A DNA stretch of 64,000 bases from an uncultured virus (IMG/VR IMGVR_UViG_3300027852_000004) (IMGVR_UViG_3300027852_000004); one strand, 5' to 3'; counted from the first letter of the stretch, positions 37,864 to 47,829 are shown. Made by a program: numbers and translations. Notes: generated by a model from the sequence alone, not told the origin.

Positions 37864-40326
37864 TTAATGGATCAGTCCATAATCTTTTAGATCCAGTTCA
37901 GTGTTGATGGGAGTGTCATGTAGATCACCCCAGCCTTGACCTCTCTTAGCATCTGCCGAGAATGGTATTCTAGTAATACCCCAATCAACAGGTACTTGTT
38001 CCATAATCAGTTTCGTTTTGTACTTGACTGGTTCAGTATACTCTGGAAGATCTTTACATTGGATTAGGATCGCATCATGAATTAGGTTGATGATCTTGAC
38101 ATATTCAGTTAAGTTATTACGCTCAATCCAATCCTGTAATGCAATCGCAGCCAGGAGAGTAATATCCGATGCAATTGACTGGTGCGGAAAGTTAGCTGCC
38201 TCATTCTGGAGATCCTTAAGCTTCTCCCTTGACACTACTCCAACACGCTTCCTACGCCCGAATGGAGTTTTAAGATTCTGCCCATATAATGGCGCCATAC
38301 GACATTTTTCAATATACTCCCAAGCCTTAGGAAATCTCGTAGCCCAACCATCAATCCATCTTTGAGCTTCATGCGTTGGTACTCCAAACTCTTCTGCGAT
38401 GGAGGGTGCCTCACGACCATACACAATGCCAAAGTTCAAAGCCTTCGTTCGCATATACTCCTCTTTAGCCTGATCATACTCAGGGTCTCCAGGTACATCA
38501 ATAGCATACCTACGAGTCCAATCTTCACCCCACAAGGATATCGATACCTCTTTGTGAAGTGACATCCCATCAGTTTCATAGATGCGACATAGCTCAGTAT
38601 CACCCGACAGCGTAGCTAGGCACCTAAGTTCGGCCTGATCTAAATCAAGCTCCATGATCACATTACCATCACCAGCTACAAACTGATTTCGAATCCTTGC
38701 TAATCGTAACTGGTTCTGAACATTGGGCTCTTTAGATGCTAGACGCCCCGTTCCAGTACCATGGAGTAGGAAAGTAGAGTGAACTCTACCATCATCCAAT
38801 CTCTGTAGGAGTAGTTTCTTAACAAATGTGCCATAAGCCTTCTGCACTTTACGATATGCACGTAATGCTTTAACGAATGCGTGTTGAGGTAGCCTCTCTA
38901 ACGTATCAGCGTCGGTAGACATCCCCATGTTACCCAACTTTAGTACCTGGTAGAGGAATGGTTTCAGCTGTTTAGGTGAGCGTGGATTGATATCCTTCCC
39001 AGTCAGCCTATTTGACCACTCGTTCATTTCAGCTTCAAGTGGTACCATCTCACTGGCGTACCATTTGACATTCTCCTTCTGCTGCTCCACACTTACCAGA
39101 ATGCCATTCTTTTCGACAGTCTCCAATAGTTTGGATGCCTTAAGTAGGATCTCGTAATACAACTTCTTGGATAGTGGATCCTTCTCTAATCGTCTCTTTA
39201 AAACCGTGAATATCTGACGTGTATTAGATACATCAAACGCCAGGTACTTGTATAAGATGGAGGGAGGTATATCAGCATATGATTTCTTCGTACCGTCCGG
39301 ATGCTTGTCAGTTATGTATGGCTTAACCATATCCTTGTAGCTGGGGGCACCTATAAGGTCTGCAGCTATCTGTTCGAGATCATGATATCCACGTTTCTCA
39401 TTCATTGAATAGTTCATCAACATAGTGTCTTCATGCACTACTCCGGGCAAATTATTTAGATGCAGGAACTTAGCATCAAACTTCCCATTCTGCCAAACGA
39501 ATCTTAATTTATTACCTCCTAGAATGATTCCAGCATGCGCCATTAGTTTCTCAGGTATGATATATACCATATGTGGATCTACACTAAACCCGCAACACAA
39601 TATTCTATCATTCCGAAAGTCAAAACCTGCAGTTTCAATATCAGCACCGCACTCATCACCCCATACACTAGTTTGTTCAAGCATTTCGGCATTGAATCTA
39701 TGAATGTCATCTACACTCCGCGCAACTTCCCATTCTGGAACAATAGGTTTCTTCATACCCCCACCGTCAGCTAATGAGAATGCATATGCAATGTCTTCAC
39801 GGAATCTATCTAATGATCCACCACCACGCATAAGAAACATTGGATGATACGTTCCAATCACCCCCTTGGAGGCGAACTCTGACGTATGTAGCCTACCCCT
39901 ATCCTTCGTGATCCTAATGTCATGATCATCAGTAGCTGCCCAGATAGCACCATTGCCAAATGTAAGAATGACATCTCTAGGATATTCGTTCAATAAGAAC
40001 TTCAACCTACCCCTACAACGCTTAACTGCACTCTGAGTGTTGGTGGTATTCTTCTTTGTATCCTTTACACGTTTAGGAAAACATGAATGTGCATACATAA
40101 ACAACACCGAGTCTATATCTACACCCTCAGGCAGATTCTGGAATAAAAGATCAGCTCCAGGCCCCACAAATGCCTCACGTTTTGCCAGCTCAATTGGTCC
40201 GGGACTTTCAGCTATGAAGACGATCTTCGCATCACGCGGACCTTTCGATCCTACGAATACATGCCTATCATAAAAGCAATTGTCACATCCCAAATTGGCT
40301 GGCTTAAGTTCAACCACATTATCCAC
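37864..40326 (-). CDS. polA: Family A DNA polymerase with N-terminal family-4 UDG-like domain and 3'-5' exonuclease
   Basis: DIET, DLDQAELR, KALNFGIVYG, IHDA; N-terminal CxxC, AESPG, YHP. Confidence 0.95.
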   Translation of the reverse strand: MDNVVELKPANLGCDNCFYDRHVFVGSKGPRDAKIVFIAESPGPIELAKREAFVGPGADLLFQNLPEGVDIDSVLFMYAHSCFPKRVKDTKKNTTNTQSAVKRCRGRLKFLLNEYPRDVILTFGNGAIWAATDDHDIRITKDRGRLHTSEFASKGVIGTYHPMFLMRGGGSLDRFREDIAYAFSLADGGGMKKPIVPEWEVARSVDDIHRFNAEMLEQTSVWGDECGADIETAGFDFRNDRILCCGFSVDPHMVYIIPEKLMAHAGIILGGNKLRFVWQNGKFDAKFLHLNNLPGVVHEDTMLMNYSMNEKRGYHDLEQIAADLIGAPSYKDMVKPYITDKHPDGTKKSYADIPPSILYKYLAFDVSNTRQIFTVLKRRLEKDPLSKKLYYEILLKASKLLETVEKNGILVSVEQQKENVKWYASEMVPLEAEMNEWSNRLTGKDINPRSPKQLKPFLYQVLKLGNMGMSTDADTLERLPQHAFVKALRAYRKVQKAYGTFVKKLLLQRLDDGRVHSTFLLHGTGTGRLASKEPNVQNQLRLARIRNQFVAGDGNVIMELDLDQAELRCLATLSGDTELCRIYETDGMSLHKEVSISLWGEDWTRRYAIDVPGDPEYDQAKEEYMRTKALNFGIVYGREAPSIAEEFGVPTHEAQRWIDGWATRFPKAWEYIEKCRMAPLYGQNLKTPFGRRKRVGVVSREKLKDLQNEAANFPHQSIASDITLLAAIALQDWIERNNLTEYVKIINLIHDAILIQCKDLPEYTEPVKYKTKLIMEQVPVDWGITRIPFSADAKRGQGWGDLHDTPINTELDLKDYGLIH

Positions 40327-40445
40327 TATAAGATTCCCCTCTGTGAAAGTTTACTGGCCAGCAAAATAAATCCAATTTCCATACGATCCATTCTTACTTC
40401 AATGTCAGGTTCATTACTATATCGAACCCTAATTGACCAATCCAT
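40326..40445 (-). CDS. Possible 39-aa protein not in ORF track
   Basis: MDWSIRVRYS...QRGIL*; stop overlaps polA GTG start; weak RBS. Confidence 0.35.
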   Translation of the reverse strand: MDWSIRVRYSNEPDIEVRMDRMEIGFILLASKLSQRGIL

Positions 40446-40523
40446 ACGTTACAACTCTACCACTACTACTCCGTTCCCCGATAGCGGGCGCGGCACTAGT
40501 AGTGGAGCGGTGTGGACTTTTCG

Positions 40524-41333
40524 TTATGAGACATGAAGATCGCCACCAAGGATTCGGCGTACCCATTTAATGTTTTCAATTACCATTTCCCAATTGTCGC
40601 CCTTTGCATAAGGATGCTCCCAGAAATCTTCACGTTTGTGTGCTGCGTAGGTAGCTTCATCCGAAAGCACATGAATACCCCGAAGACCCATCCAGATAGG
40701 TGATGCTGAGTCGATGCCGCGAATCTGCCAACGATCCTTCTCAGTGGTCAGCAGATCATCTACCCAATCATTAGAGAATCCCAACATATGGATCTGTAGG
40801 TTACTTCCATGCAGTTGATCGTAACCTTTGATGTCTTGTACTGCATAGTGGCGGGGTTTAAGTAGAAGTTCTCGGTAGTTCTTGGGAATACCAATCCAAC
40901 CAACACGTTCCTGAGCATACCGTAAAACTTCATACAAACAAAGTTCCCACTCACCAGAACTCTTACCTTGGGGAACCATCATCAGGTTCAAATTATCTGG
41001 AAGGTTCCAAGTTTCAAGAGCATGTAAAGTAGATTCTACAGTCGCCTTACCATCCAGTAGAACATCTGGAAGCGCAAGCACATTAGCCCCCACAATATCG
41101 CAGGCCTCTAATAACATGGAGTCGGTAACAGCAGAACCGAGTTCGATCACTGAATTGTCCATGATGATGAAGTTGTCGGGATCTTTATACACTTCAGCAT
41201 ACGCATCAGGTTTATCCACTACATCGTGCGCTAGCAACAGATGATAGTTTCCCAGCATATCTGACTCTTTTAGACGTTGCGCAATCTGTACAGGTACTAC
41301 AGGTGCGAACCTTGGTGTCAATATCTTACTCAT
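40524..41333 (-). CDS. dpdA: TGT-fold DNA guanine transglycosylase (DpdA-like)
   Basis: IMDNS, LPDV, MVPQG, IHMLG, GIDS motifs in TGT order; lies within preQ0 cluster. Confidence 0.75.
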   Translation of the reverse strand: MSKILTPRFAPVVPVQIAQRLKESDMLGNYHLLLAHDVVDKPDAYAEVYKDPDNFIIMDNSVIELGSAVTDSMLLEACDIVGANVLALPDVLLDGKATVESTLHALETWNLPDNLNLMMVPQGKSSGEWELCLYEVLRYAQERVGWIGIPKNYRELLLKPRHYAVQDIKGYDQLHGSNLQIHMLGFSNDWVDDLLTTEKDRWQIRGIDSASPIWMGLRGIHVLSDEATYAAHKREDFWEHPYAKGDNWEMVIENIKWVRRILGGDLHVS

Positions 41334-41334
41334 G

Positions 41335-41526
41335 TTATATCCCTTCTGTTAGCTTGTGAATGTTTGAGCATGCATTTGCAATAATCTCAAGTTCATCCTT
41401 CAACGTATTGGTGTCGATGGTACGATTCGTAAGAATTGTCTCGACATCTTCCAATGCACTAAGAGCCTCTTCAATCTCTATCCCTATACGGTTATGGTGA
41501 TCTTCACTTAATGTAAGCACCGCCAT
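41335..41526 (-). CDS. Hypothetical protein
   Basis: Fills gap between folE and dpdA-like gene. Confidence 0.65.
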   Translation of the reverse strand: MAVLTLSEDHHNRIGIEIEEALSALEDVETILTNRTIDTNTLKDELEIIANACSNIHKLTEGI

Positions 41527-41527
41527 A

Positions 41528-42148
41528 TTAAGCCCCCATCTTCATTTCAGATTGGATCAGCGACAGCATTTCCATACGTGCTTCAGAATTGTCACGAAAA
41601 ACACCTTTAACCGTAGATGTAGTCGTTACAACACCTGGAGCGTTAACGCCTCGACAAGCCATACAACCATGTGTCGCTTTAATTACGATCATCGTACCTT
41701 GAGGTTCCAAATGCTCATGCAACAATTCTTGAATACGTTCCAAGATATGTTCCTGCAATGATGGACGTTCCGTACCAACTGATTGCACCAGCCGAGTCAG
41801 CTTGGATAGACCAATCACACGTTTACGTGGCACATACCCGATCGCTGCTTTACCCGTAGCCGGGAGTAGGTGGTGTTCGCAGATCATCCGGAAAGGAATA
41901 TTTGCTTGCATGACCATTGAATGATGTTCATCAGGTACTTTGAATACCGACCCAAATACCTTATCAATGTCGATGGGCTGGTGAAACTCCTGTAGATACT
42001 TAACAAAGCGTGCAGGTGTATCTTGTGTTGATGGATCCTCATACCAGCCTGGAAGAATACCATCCATCACTGTGTGCATCGCACCCGCCATTGTTTTCGA
42101 ATGGTCCAGTTTTACATCTACGTCAGCTGTATTATTGTCTTTACACAT
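41528..42148 (-). CDS. folE: GTP cyclohydrolase I
   Basis: CEHHLLP, GLSKL.R, LQE, HGCM..RGV. Confidence 0.95.
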   Translation of the reverse strand: MCKDNNTADVDVKLDHSKTMAGAMHTVMDGILPGWYEDPSTQDTPARFVKYLQEFHQPIDIDKVFGSVFKVPDEHHSMVMQANIPFRMICEHHLLPATGKAAIGYVPRKRVIGLSKLTRLVQSVGTERPSLQEHILERIQELLHEHLEPQGTMIVIKATHGCMACRGVNAPGVVTTTSTVKGVFRDNSEARMEMLSLIQSEMKMGA

Positions 42149-42150
42149 TT

Positions 42151-42918
42151 TTAGAATCCTTGTCCGTTGCCCCAGATTAGGGTATGAAGTTGTGGTAGTA
42201 TGCGAGCATTCTGTAAGCGAGGATCTTTAAGGATCTCCTCGGAAATCATACGAGTGCTTTCAAGAACAGACATGACGAACTTTTCGTACGTGTCTTCTTC
42301 AGTATGGTGACGAATAGCCGGCGCTGGAGGTTGCCAGTTACCAATCGAGACAAACATATGCGGCTTGAGTATGGGCCACCTCTCCTGAACCCCGATGATA
42401 AATTCTAGATCCTGTTGATCAAAAACCACAATCTTAGCTGAGACATATCCCTCGAAATCACCAGCTTCTAAATGATCCATGAACACTTGAAATTTGTCAG
42501 GTTCAAATTCAACACCCATACCGGGACCCTTAGGTGATAGCGTCACAGCAGCACAATCTAAGAGCCAGTCTTGCCACAACGTACCTTGGGTCTCGACAGA
42601 GATTATTTTACCTGCACGATTTAAAGCATCTACCAGTTCTGAGATATCCCACATACACGGATTTCCACCTGAGATGGTTACCCAAGGCGTATTTTTAGAG
42701 ATAGTCAACGCATGCTCAATAAGTTCCTCCATTTCCATGTACTGTGTAGTACCGTCTTGCGAGAAGATTTCTGGCAATACTGCATGTAACGAATCACAAC
42801 GAGTACATTTGTAATCACACCCACCTAGACGGAGAAATGTCGTTTGCGTACCGATCACGGCACCTTCACCCTGAATTGTAGGACCAAAAGATTCTACGAG
42901 TGGAAATTTAGTGGCCAT
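42151..42918 (-). CDS. queE: 7-carboxy-7-deazaguanine synthase (radical SAM)
   Basis: TIQGEG, CDYKCTRCD, SGGNP, ETQG, PQLH. Confidence 0.93.
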   Translation of the reverse strand: MATKFPLVESFGPTIQGEGAVIGTQTTFLRLGGCDYKCTRCDSLHAVLPEIFSQDGTTQYMEMEELIEHALTISKNTPWVTISGGNPCMWDISELVDALNRAGKIISVETQGTLWQDWLLDCAAVTLSPKGPGMGVEFEPDKFQVFMDHLEAGDFEGYVSAKIVVFDQQDLEFIIGVQERWPILKPHMFVSIGNWQPPAPAIRHHTEEDTYEKFVMSVLESTRMISEEILKDPRLQNARILPQLHTLIWGNGQGF

Positions 42919-43442
42919 TATGGATATCCCTCCTTAGGTAAAGTATATTGTGCACTGTTTGCACCATGCTCTTCGATAATGACTTTATGTAACCATACAC
43001 GCGGCGCATAACCTGCTGAAGCAAGCCAGCTATCCGTCACACCAAAGATCAGTTCAGCTAAAGCTTCACATCCCACATGCTCAAACACATTCAACTGAAT
43101 CAACCCCAGATCATGCAACTTTTTGAATTCTTCCAGGTGTGGATCATCAGCGGCAACGATAGTCTTATGGTCAAGGTTTTCCTTGAAAGTGCTTTTCAAG
43201 GACTTTAAAGAACCAAAGTCGACAACCCAGTTACGCACATCCAATTCATGTGAATGAAATTCCAATGTGATTGCGATAGCATACCCATGCAAATACTTGC
43301 AATGGGATTCAGCCCGCCATTGACGAAATGCACATGAGAGTCCCTCTTCATGCCCATAACGCTTAGTCGATATATATATCGGTTTAGGTTGATTCACTGC
43401 ATGCTCCTTTGTTTCTGTTGCGTACATGTTCATCGGCCACAC
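42918..43442 (-). CDS. queD: 6-carboxytetrahydropterin synthase
   Basis: HCKYLHGY, WVVDFG, LDH, E.LA; start codon uncertain. Confidence 0.9.
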   Translation of the reverse strand: MWPMNMYATETKEHAVNQPKPIYISTKRYGHEEGLSCAFRQWRAESHCKYLHGYAIAITLEFHSHELDVRNWVVDFGSLKSLKSTFKENLDHKTIVAADDPHLEEFKKLHDLGLIQLNVFEHVGCEALAELIFGVTDSWLASAGYAPRVWLHKVIIEEHGANSAQYTLPKEGYP

Positions 43443-44274
43443 GTGTCAGAAGTTCCTGCAGATCACCGTCATAGGAGGACGATGCCAGAATTCCACGTAT
43501 GGCCATATAGTTGTGGGTGGTAGGCAATTCCATCAAGCCTCCATACCACGCTCTCACAACTAAGGGATCGGGCAGATCAGCTTCTTCAAAACCTCCAGCA
43601 CGCAGCAAATTTGCATGATCATGTGACTCTGGAGGATATTTGCCATCATAGGCTGTATGGGTGTGTTGCAGTATCTCATATGCACCTACGTCAATAGCCA
43701 GTTCAATCGACTGCGCTTTAGATAGGTGCATCAATGGCGTGTGAATTTTAAGCTTGTCAACAGTACCCGGCTCACCTGTGAATGTTCCTAAGTTCGTCGT
43801 CAGCTGTAAGGAGTTCTTAAAGTCTTCACGACAGTCTGGATACCCCCCTGAATCAGCTTGACAAATCCCAGTCACGAGATTACGAATCCCTTTAACATAC
43901 GCACGATTTGCAGCAATCGTAAGGAATAACTGATTGCGCATCGGAACGAATGTCTTCTCCAATCCACCGGGAAGACTTTCTGCATCAGCGTACATTTCCA
44001 AACGCTCTCCAGGATTCACAAGTGGTGATGTACCTTGCAAGATATTCGGGACATTGATGATCTCATGTGGAACTTGCAACGTATCCGTAATTTTACGTGC
44101 ACATTCCAATTCGATAGAGTGCTTCTGGCCATAATTAACAGACAATGCGATCACGTTCTTAAAACGCTCCTTAGCCCATACGAGGCAAGTAGTTGAATCT
44201 TGACCCCCTGAAAAGACAACAAGAGCGCTTTCTGTATCGGTGTTGACGGGGTATTCGTATAGTAGACTATTCAT
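43384..44274 (-). CDS. queC: 7-cyano-7-deazaguanine synthase
   Basis: SGGQDS, YGQKH, VPMRN, YPDCR, TPLM. Confidence 0.92.
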   Translation of the reverse strand: MNSLLYEYPVNTDTESALVVFSGGQDSTTCLVWAKERFKNVIALSVNYGQKHSIELECARKITDTLQVPHEIINVPNILQGTSPLVNPGERLEMYADAESLPGGLEKTFVPMRNQLFLTIAANRAYVKGIRNLVTGICQADSGGYPDCREDFKNSLQLTTNLGTFTGEPGTVDKLKIHTPLMHLSKAQSIELAIDVGAYEILQHTHTAYDGKYPPESHDHANLLRAGGFEEADLPDPLVVRAWYGGLMELPTTHNYMAIRGILASSSYDGDLQELLTRVADEHVRNRNKGACSEST

Positions 44275-44275
44275 G

Positions 44276-44482
44276 CTAGAATTCCTCTTCTTGGTTGGGT
44301 GGGATTATATAGTGGGCTGAGGAGTCGAGAAGGACCTGCATTCTAAAGCGATCAACTTCACCTTCCGCAATCTGATATTTGCCTGAAATGTTTAGTGCCT
44401 CTAACTGCCCTGACTTTATGCAGCGTTTAAGCTTATATTGGGACAATCCTGTAAGTGCTGCAAGTTGGGCTAAGCTAACCAT
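44276..44482 (-). CDS. Excisionase-like HTH DNA-binding protein
   Basis: LAQLA...IKSGQLEA.....YQI pattern; GAGG RBS. Confidence 0.7.
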   Translation of the reverse strand: MVSLAQLAALTGLSQYKLKRCIKSGQLEALNISGKYQIAEGEVDRFRMQVLLDSSAHYIIPPNQEEEF

Positions 44483-44503
44483 AATGGCCTCGATTTAATT
44501 AAA

Positions 44504-44570
44504 AGAGGGCGGTAACAAATAAGCTGATCGCATGTAGGGAACATGAGTTGATCAACTATTACCGCCCTCT
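44504..44570 (-). terminator. Long-stem hairpin with U-tract
   Basis: AGAGGGCGGTAA / TTACCGCCCTCT 12-bp stem followed by T-run on minus strand. Confidence 0.55.
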
Positions 44571-44593
44571 ATCATGGTCGGGGTTATAGTGAC

Positions 44594-45061
44594 TTAGATG
44601 AAGCCACCCGTACCTCCAGCCAGGGTACCCTCGGCCATGATATCTTTTACCCGGTTAGTATCATTGCCTTCGTATTTTTCAACGGAGACTTTAATCACAC
44701 AAGCTTTGCCCTGCATAATGCCGGCAGATTCTTTAGGGTTGAAAGGCCCAACTGACAATTCAGGTGCCAAGCGATTGATCGTTTTCTTAGCCATGGGTAA
44801 AGCTTTGGGTGAGAAGGAAACGTGTGAGAACAATTTACGCCCAGCATATTCACCGTCAGTGATTTGAAGTGTCAGAGACCACATAGGTTGGCCGGAGTTG
44901 GCGGAAAGTTTATATTCGCACTCTTCAATGATCGCTTCGTATTTGCCTTTAGGAACAACCTCAAAGGAAGCCTCCTTGACATCTGACAGATCGATCATCA
45001 CAGAACCATCTCCACCCTCGAAAGTGTCATCGGTTACATCATCGTTATCTTTTTTAGCCAT
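44594..45061 (-). CDS. ssDNA-binding protein (DUF669-like)
   Basis: VPKGKY...GEYAGRKLF...YEG...NRVK; next to Sak4-like ATPase. Confidence 0.75.
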   Translation of the reverse strand: MAKKDNDDVTDDTFEGGDGSVMIDLSDVKEASFEVVPKGKYEAIIEECEYKLSANSGQPMWSLTLQITDGEYAGRKLFSHVSFSPKALPMAKKTINRLAPELSVGPFNPKESAGIMQGKACVIKVSVEKYEGNDTNRVKDIMAEGTLAGGTGGFI

Positions 45062-45123
45062 TGTTTTTCCATTCATGATAGGAGTTAAGTTAGTTAGTTA
45101 GGTAGTTGCCCCATTGTGGGACT

Positions 45124-46074
45124 TTACGCTTTACCGAGCCTAAATGCCTTTACAAGATCTGACATTGTAGGGTCGTCAAAGTACGCCTCTTTGAAGATTG
45201 CTAACCGATTCTTGGCGGCAAATCTTCCAACTGGTTGAACATATAGCCGGCGAGGAGCATTTACTCCATCAGCAGCTGTACCTGTTTGCATGAAACCCAC
45301 CACATCAAAATAACCTTGAATTTGGTTAGTGAGCTTGCCAGTCAGATCAGGTGTCCAATTCATACGCTTCTGCTCATCCTGGGTGTATTGAGCACCACAG
45401 ACAATGATCAGATTCATTTTCAAGTCACGGAAAGCCCGAATAATCCGGTTAACCATGTTATTGTTCTTTTTGTATTCGGCGAATTCTGCAGTCTTCTGAT
45501 CAGTATCGAATAGTTCAACTGCATCGAAGTCTTCCTTGAAGCCTAGCAAAGATTGCATACAGTATGCTTCAACTTCCGTCAGCGAATCAATGATAACGGT
45601 AAAGAACAACTTCGGCTCGGTAATCGTATCTGCAGGCACCTGCTTCAACCAAGCTTCAAATTCGATTAGCTTCTGCAAAGCTTCCTTATCATTTGGATCC
45701 GCAATATAACGATCACGAAACATCACGTGAGCTGACAAGTACTCGTAGATCTTACCGAGGATCATGAAAGTGTTGATCTCCACCCGTTCAATCAGTTCGG
45801 GGTGCTTGATACGGTCATTGTTCTCTAGAATCAATTCACCTGATTCAGCATCAATCATAAAAACATCACGCATGGCTTCAACATCAACGGATGAGGCTGC
45901 AAGCGTTGTCTTACCTGCTCCAGGCTTGGCATATACCAGCAGTTTAATATACTTACTGCCTTGACGAGTATTGGAGAGTTTGAATGGCGGGTTACTCTTT
46001 ACCGCCATTGGAGCCTTAGTCGACGTTGAGCTTGTTGCCACACCTTCATCGGTTTTCTTCATCTCATTAGCCAT
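45124..46074 (-). CDS. Sak4-like AAA ATPase/recombinase
   Basis: PGAGKT, IDAESG, IIDSLTE, FDVVG, AKNR. Confidence 0.82.
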   Translation of the reverse strand: MANEMKKTDEGVATSSTSTKAPMAVKSNPPFKLSNTRQGSKYIKLLVYAKPGAGKTTLAASSVDVEAMRDVFMIDAESGELILENNDRIKHPELIERVEINTFMILGKIYEYLSAHVMFRDRYIADPNDKEALQKLIEFEAWLKQVPADTITEPKLFFTVIIDSLTEVEAYCMQSLLGFKEDFDAVELFDTDQKTAEFAEYKKNNNMVNRIIRAFRDLKMNLIIVCGAQYTQDEQKRMNWTPDLTGKLTNQIQGYFDVVGFMQTGTAADGVNAPRRLYVQPVGRFAAKNRLAIFKEAYFDDPTMSDLVKAFRLGKA

Positions 46075-47315
46075 TAAACGAAATCCTCTTTTGTTAAGTC
46101 GACTACATCTGCATCGACCATACCCTTAAGGTCAATACGCTTAATATCATTTTGCAAATACTTACGCCATGATTCATCTGTTTTAGCACGTTCCTGAGTG
46201 TTCAGCTTTAATTGATGTTCCCAGTCTGACCCATCATCCATTGATACACACTCCTCATAGAAAGAGCACATCAAGGGGCAAGTCCAGCCAGGATTAGGAT
46301 ATAGTGGTAAATTGGGGTTAAGCATATCTTCACATTCCATCAGGATCTTTGATCCCTCGACTTCTAATGAATGCGGATTCTTCCAGATACGATCCCGACG
46401 AATGAATTTGTCCCGATTCTCGTCTTCGATTGCTGCCATTGAATTAAGGTAGTCAACATTTGGTTTAGGTGCACCCATCACGGTTCCGTATTTCTCGATC
46501 AACGCATCACGATACAGCGTATGGGATGTTACCTGATTCTGTGCTAATGAAATCGTACCATTTTTTAGCTCTCTTGGCCCCTTAGGAGCAGTCTTAGAGA
46601 ATTGATGGTATATCATTCCCCCGATTGGTCTCTGGTATATATGATAAGCTGCCCAGCAGTAGGAGGTAACTTGCGGATCATTTTCATAATGGGAGGATTT
46701 CATCTGCTTAGCAGTTTTGTAATCCTGCAACCATAGTTTACCATCTTCAGGGTCTATAACTACTCTATCAATTGTCCCCGAGTATATAGCACGATCGTAG
46801 TCAGGTGTAATTCCCTGTGATACAAGCCGATCACGCCAATCATTTGGAATATCTACAAGGAAGTTGACTTCGACTTGAGGCTCACCATTCAAAACGAATG
46901 TTTCGTAGGGATCTCTTCGTGACAGCCATCTGTCAGCGTAATACGATAACGTAGCCATACCTAACTCTCGCAACTCTTCCCACTCATCTGGTAGCTGCAA
47001 ATTATGTGCATTTTTTCGTGTGGCGTATATATAGTCTTCAAAGCCTTCAATGATGGTGGAGTAATCCTTGGCTCCATGGTAGTCTTCTAGCGCATAATGA
47101 ATACCCGTACCATACCATAAAGGCGCAGGAGACTGCTTGGGTTCAAGGTTGAATCTTAGACCAGATGACCAATTCCACTTGCGGCGACATGCTTTGAAAG
47201 ACATTCTATCTGATGTCCGTATGACTGCCACTCTTTCTTTGAATTCACCTGTACGATGCACCTTAGATGGGTCTGCATCAATATCATACTTCGTAACGTT
47301 CTGGTTGACAGGCAT
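46074..47315 (-). CDS. PD-(D/E)XK (Cas4/RecB-like) exonuclease
   Basis: GTGIH, GTIDR, DYKT, Q...Y, Cys cluster. Confidence 0.85.
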   Translation of the reverse strand: MPVNQNVTKYDIDADPSKVHRTGEFKERVAVIRTSDRMSFKACRRKWNWSSGLRFNLEPKQSPAPLWYGTGIHYALEDYHGAKDYSTIIEGFEDYIYATRKNAHNLQLPDEWEELRELGMATLSYYADRWLSRRDPYETFVLNGEPQVEVNFLVDIPNDWRDRLVSQGITPDYDRAIYSGTIDRVVIDPEDGKLWLQDYKTAKQMKSSHYENDPQVTSYCWAAYHIYQRPIGGMIYHQFSKTAPKGPRELKNGTISLAQNQVTSHTLYRDALIEKYGTVMGAPKPNVDYLNSMAAIEDENRDKFIRRDRIWKNPHSLEVEGSKILMECEDMLNPNLPLYPNPGWTCPLMCSFYEECVSMDDGSDWEHQLKLNTQERAKTDESWRKYLQNDIKRIDLKGMVDADVVDLTKEDFV

Positions 47316-47382
47316 GCTGATCTTCCCCTTATAGAATCACAGGTTAATTAGGTTCTGTTGGATTTTTCCCTAGCAGACTTTA

Positions 47383-47411
47383 ATATTAATATATTTTTTC
47401 TAGGATATCAA
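47383..47411 (-). promoter_or_regulatory. sigma70-like promoter
   Basis: TTGATA-N17-TAATAT. Confidence 0.55.
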
Positions 47412-47430
47412 GATGAATTTTAAAACACCC

Positions 47431-47814
47431 TCAATGAATTTTAAGTTCACCATAATTCCCACATCCAAGAATTTTCCCTACAATATACTTCTGTCTTTCT
47501 GCCGTAGCAACACGTGCATTCAATATAGAGATATGCCCTTCAATACGACACTTCAAGTCCTTCAAGGCCAACTCTTGTGTGGGTACTGCCCACTGTCTAG
47601 CGGCATTCCCAAGTATGAATTTCGTATCTTTGGAACCATCCCAATATTTAATAAGCACACCTTTAGGGGTATGATGGATTACAGGATACGATGTCATTTC
47701 AATGCGAGTAACTGACCCTGCAGGTTGCCCCCACTCAGCCCGAGGATCATACGCTGCATATTCCCTGGCTTCAGCTCTCCACCACACCTCATCCATGCTG
47801 TAAGTACTTTGCAA
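47431..47814 (-). CDS. Hypothetical protein
   Basis: ORF in co-oriented run; start uncertain. Confidence 0.65.
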   Translation of the reverse strand: MQSTYSMDEVWWRAEAREYAAYDPRAEWGQPAGSVTRIEMTSYPVIHHTPKGVLIKYWDGSKDTKFILGNAARQWAVPTQELALKDLKCRIEGHISILNARVATAERQKYIVGKILGCGNYGELKIH

Positions 47815-47829
47815 TATCCACTTCCTTAC

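Noticed and set aside
41528..44274. Queuosine tRNA-modification auxiliary genes
   Set aside because: No queF/queA or tRNAs seen; linkage to a DpdA-like gene and polA favours DNA modification
44276..44482. Excisionase implying lysogeny
   Set aside because: No integrase or repressor recognised in the window
46074..47315. Cas4 as evidence of CRISPR
   Set aside because: Sits with Sak4-like ATPase and SSB as an ordinary phage recombination exonuclease
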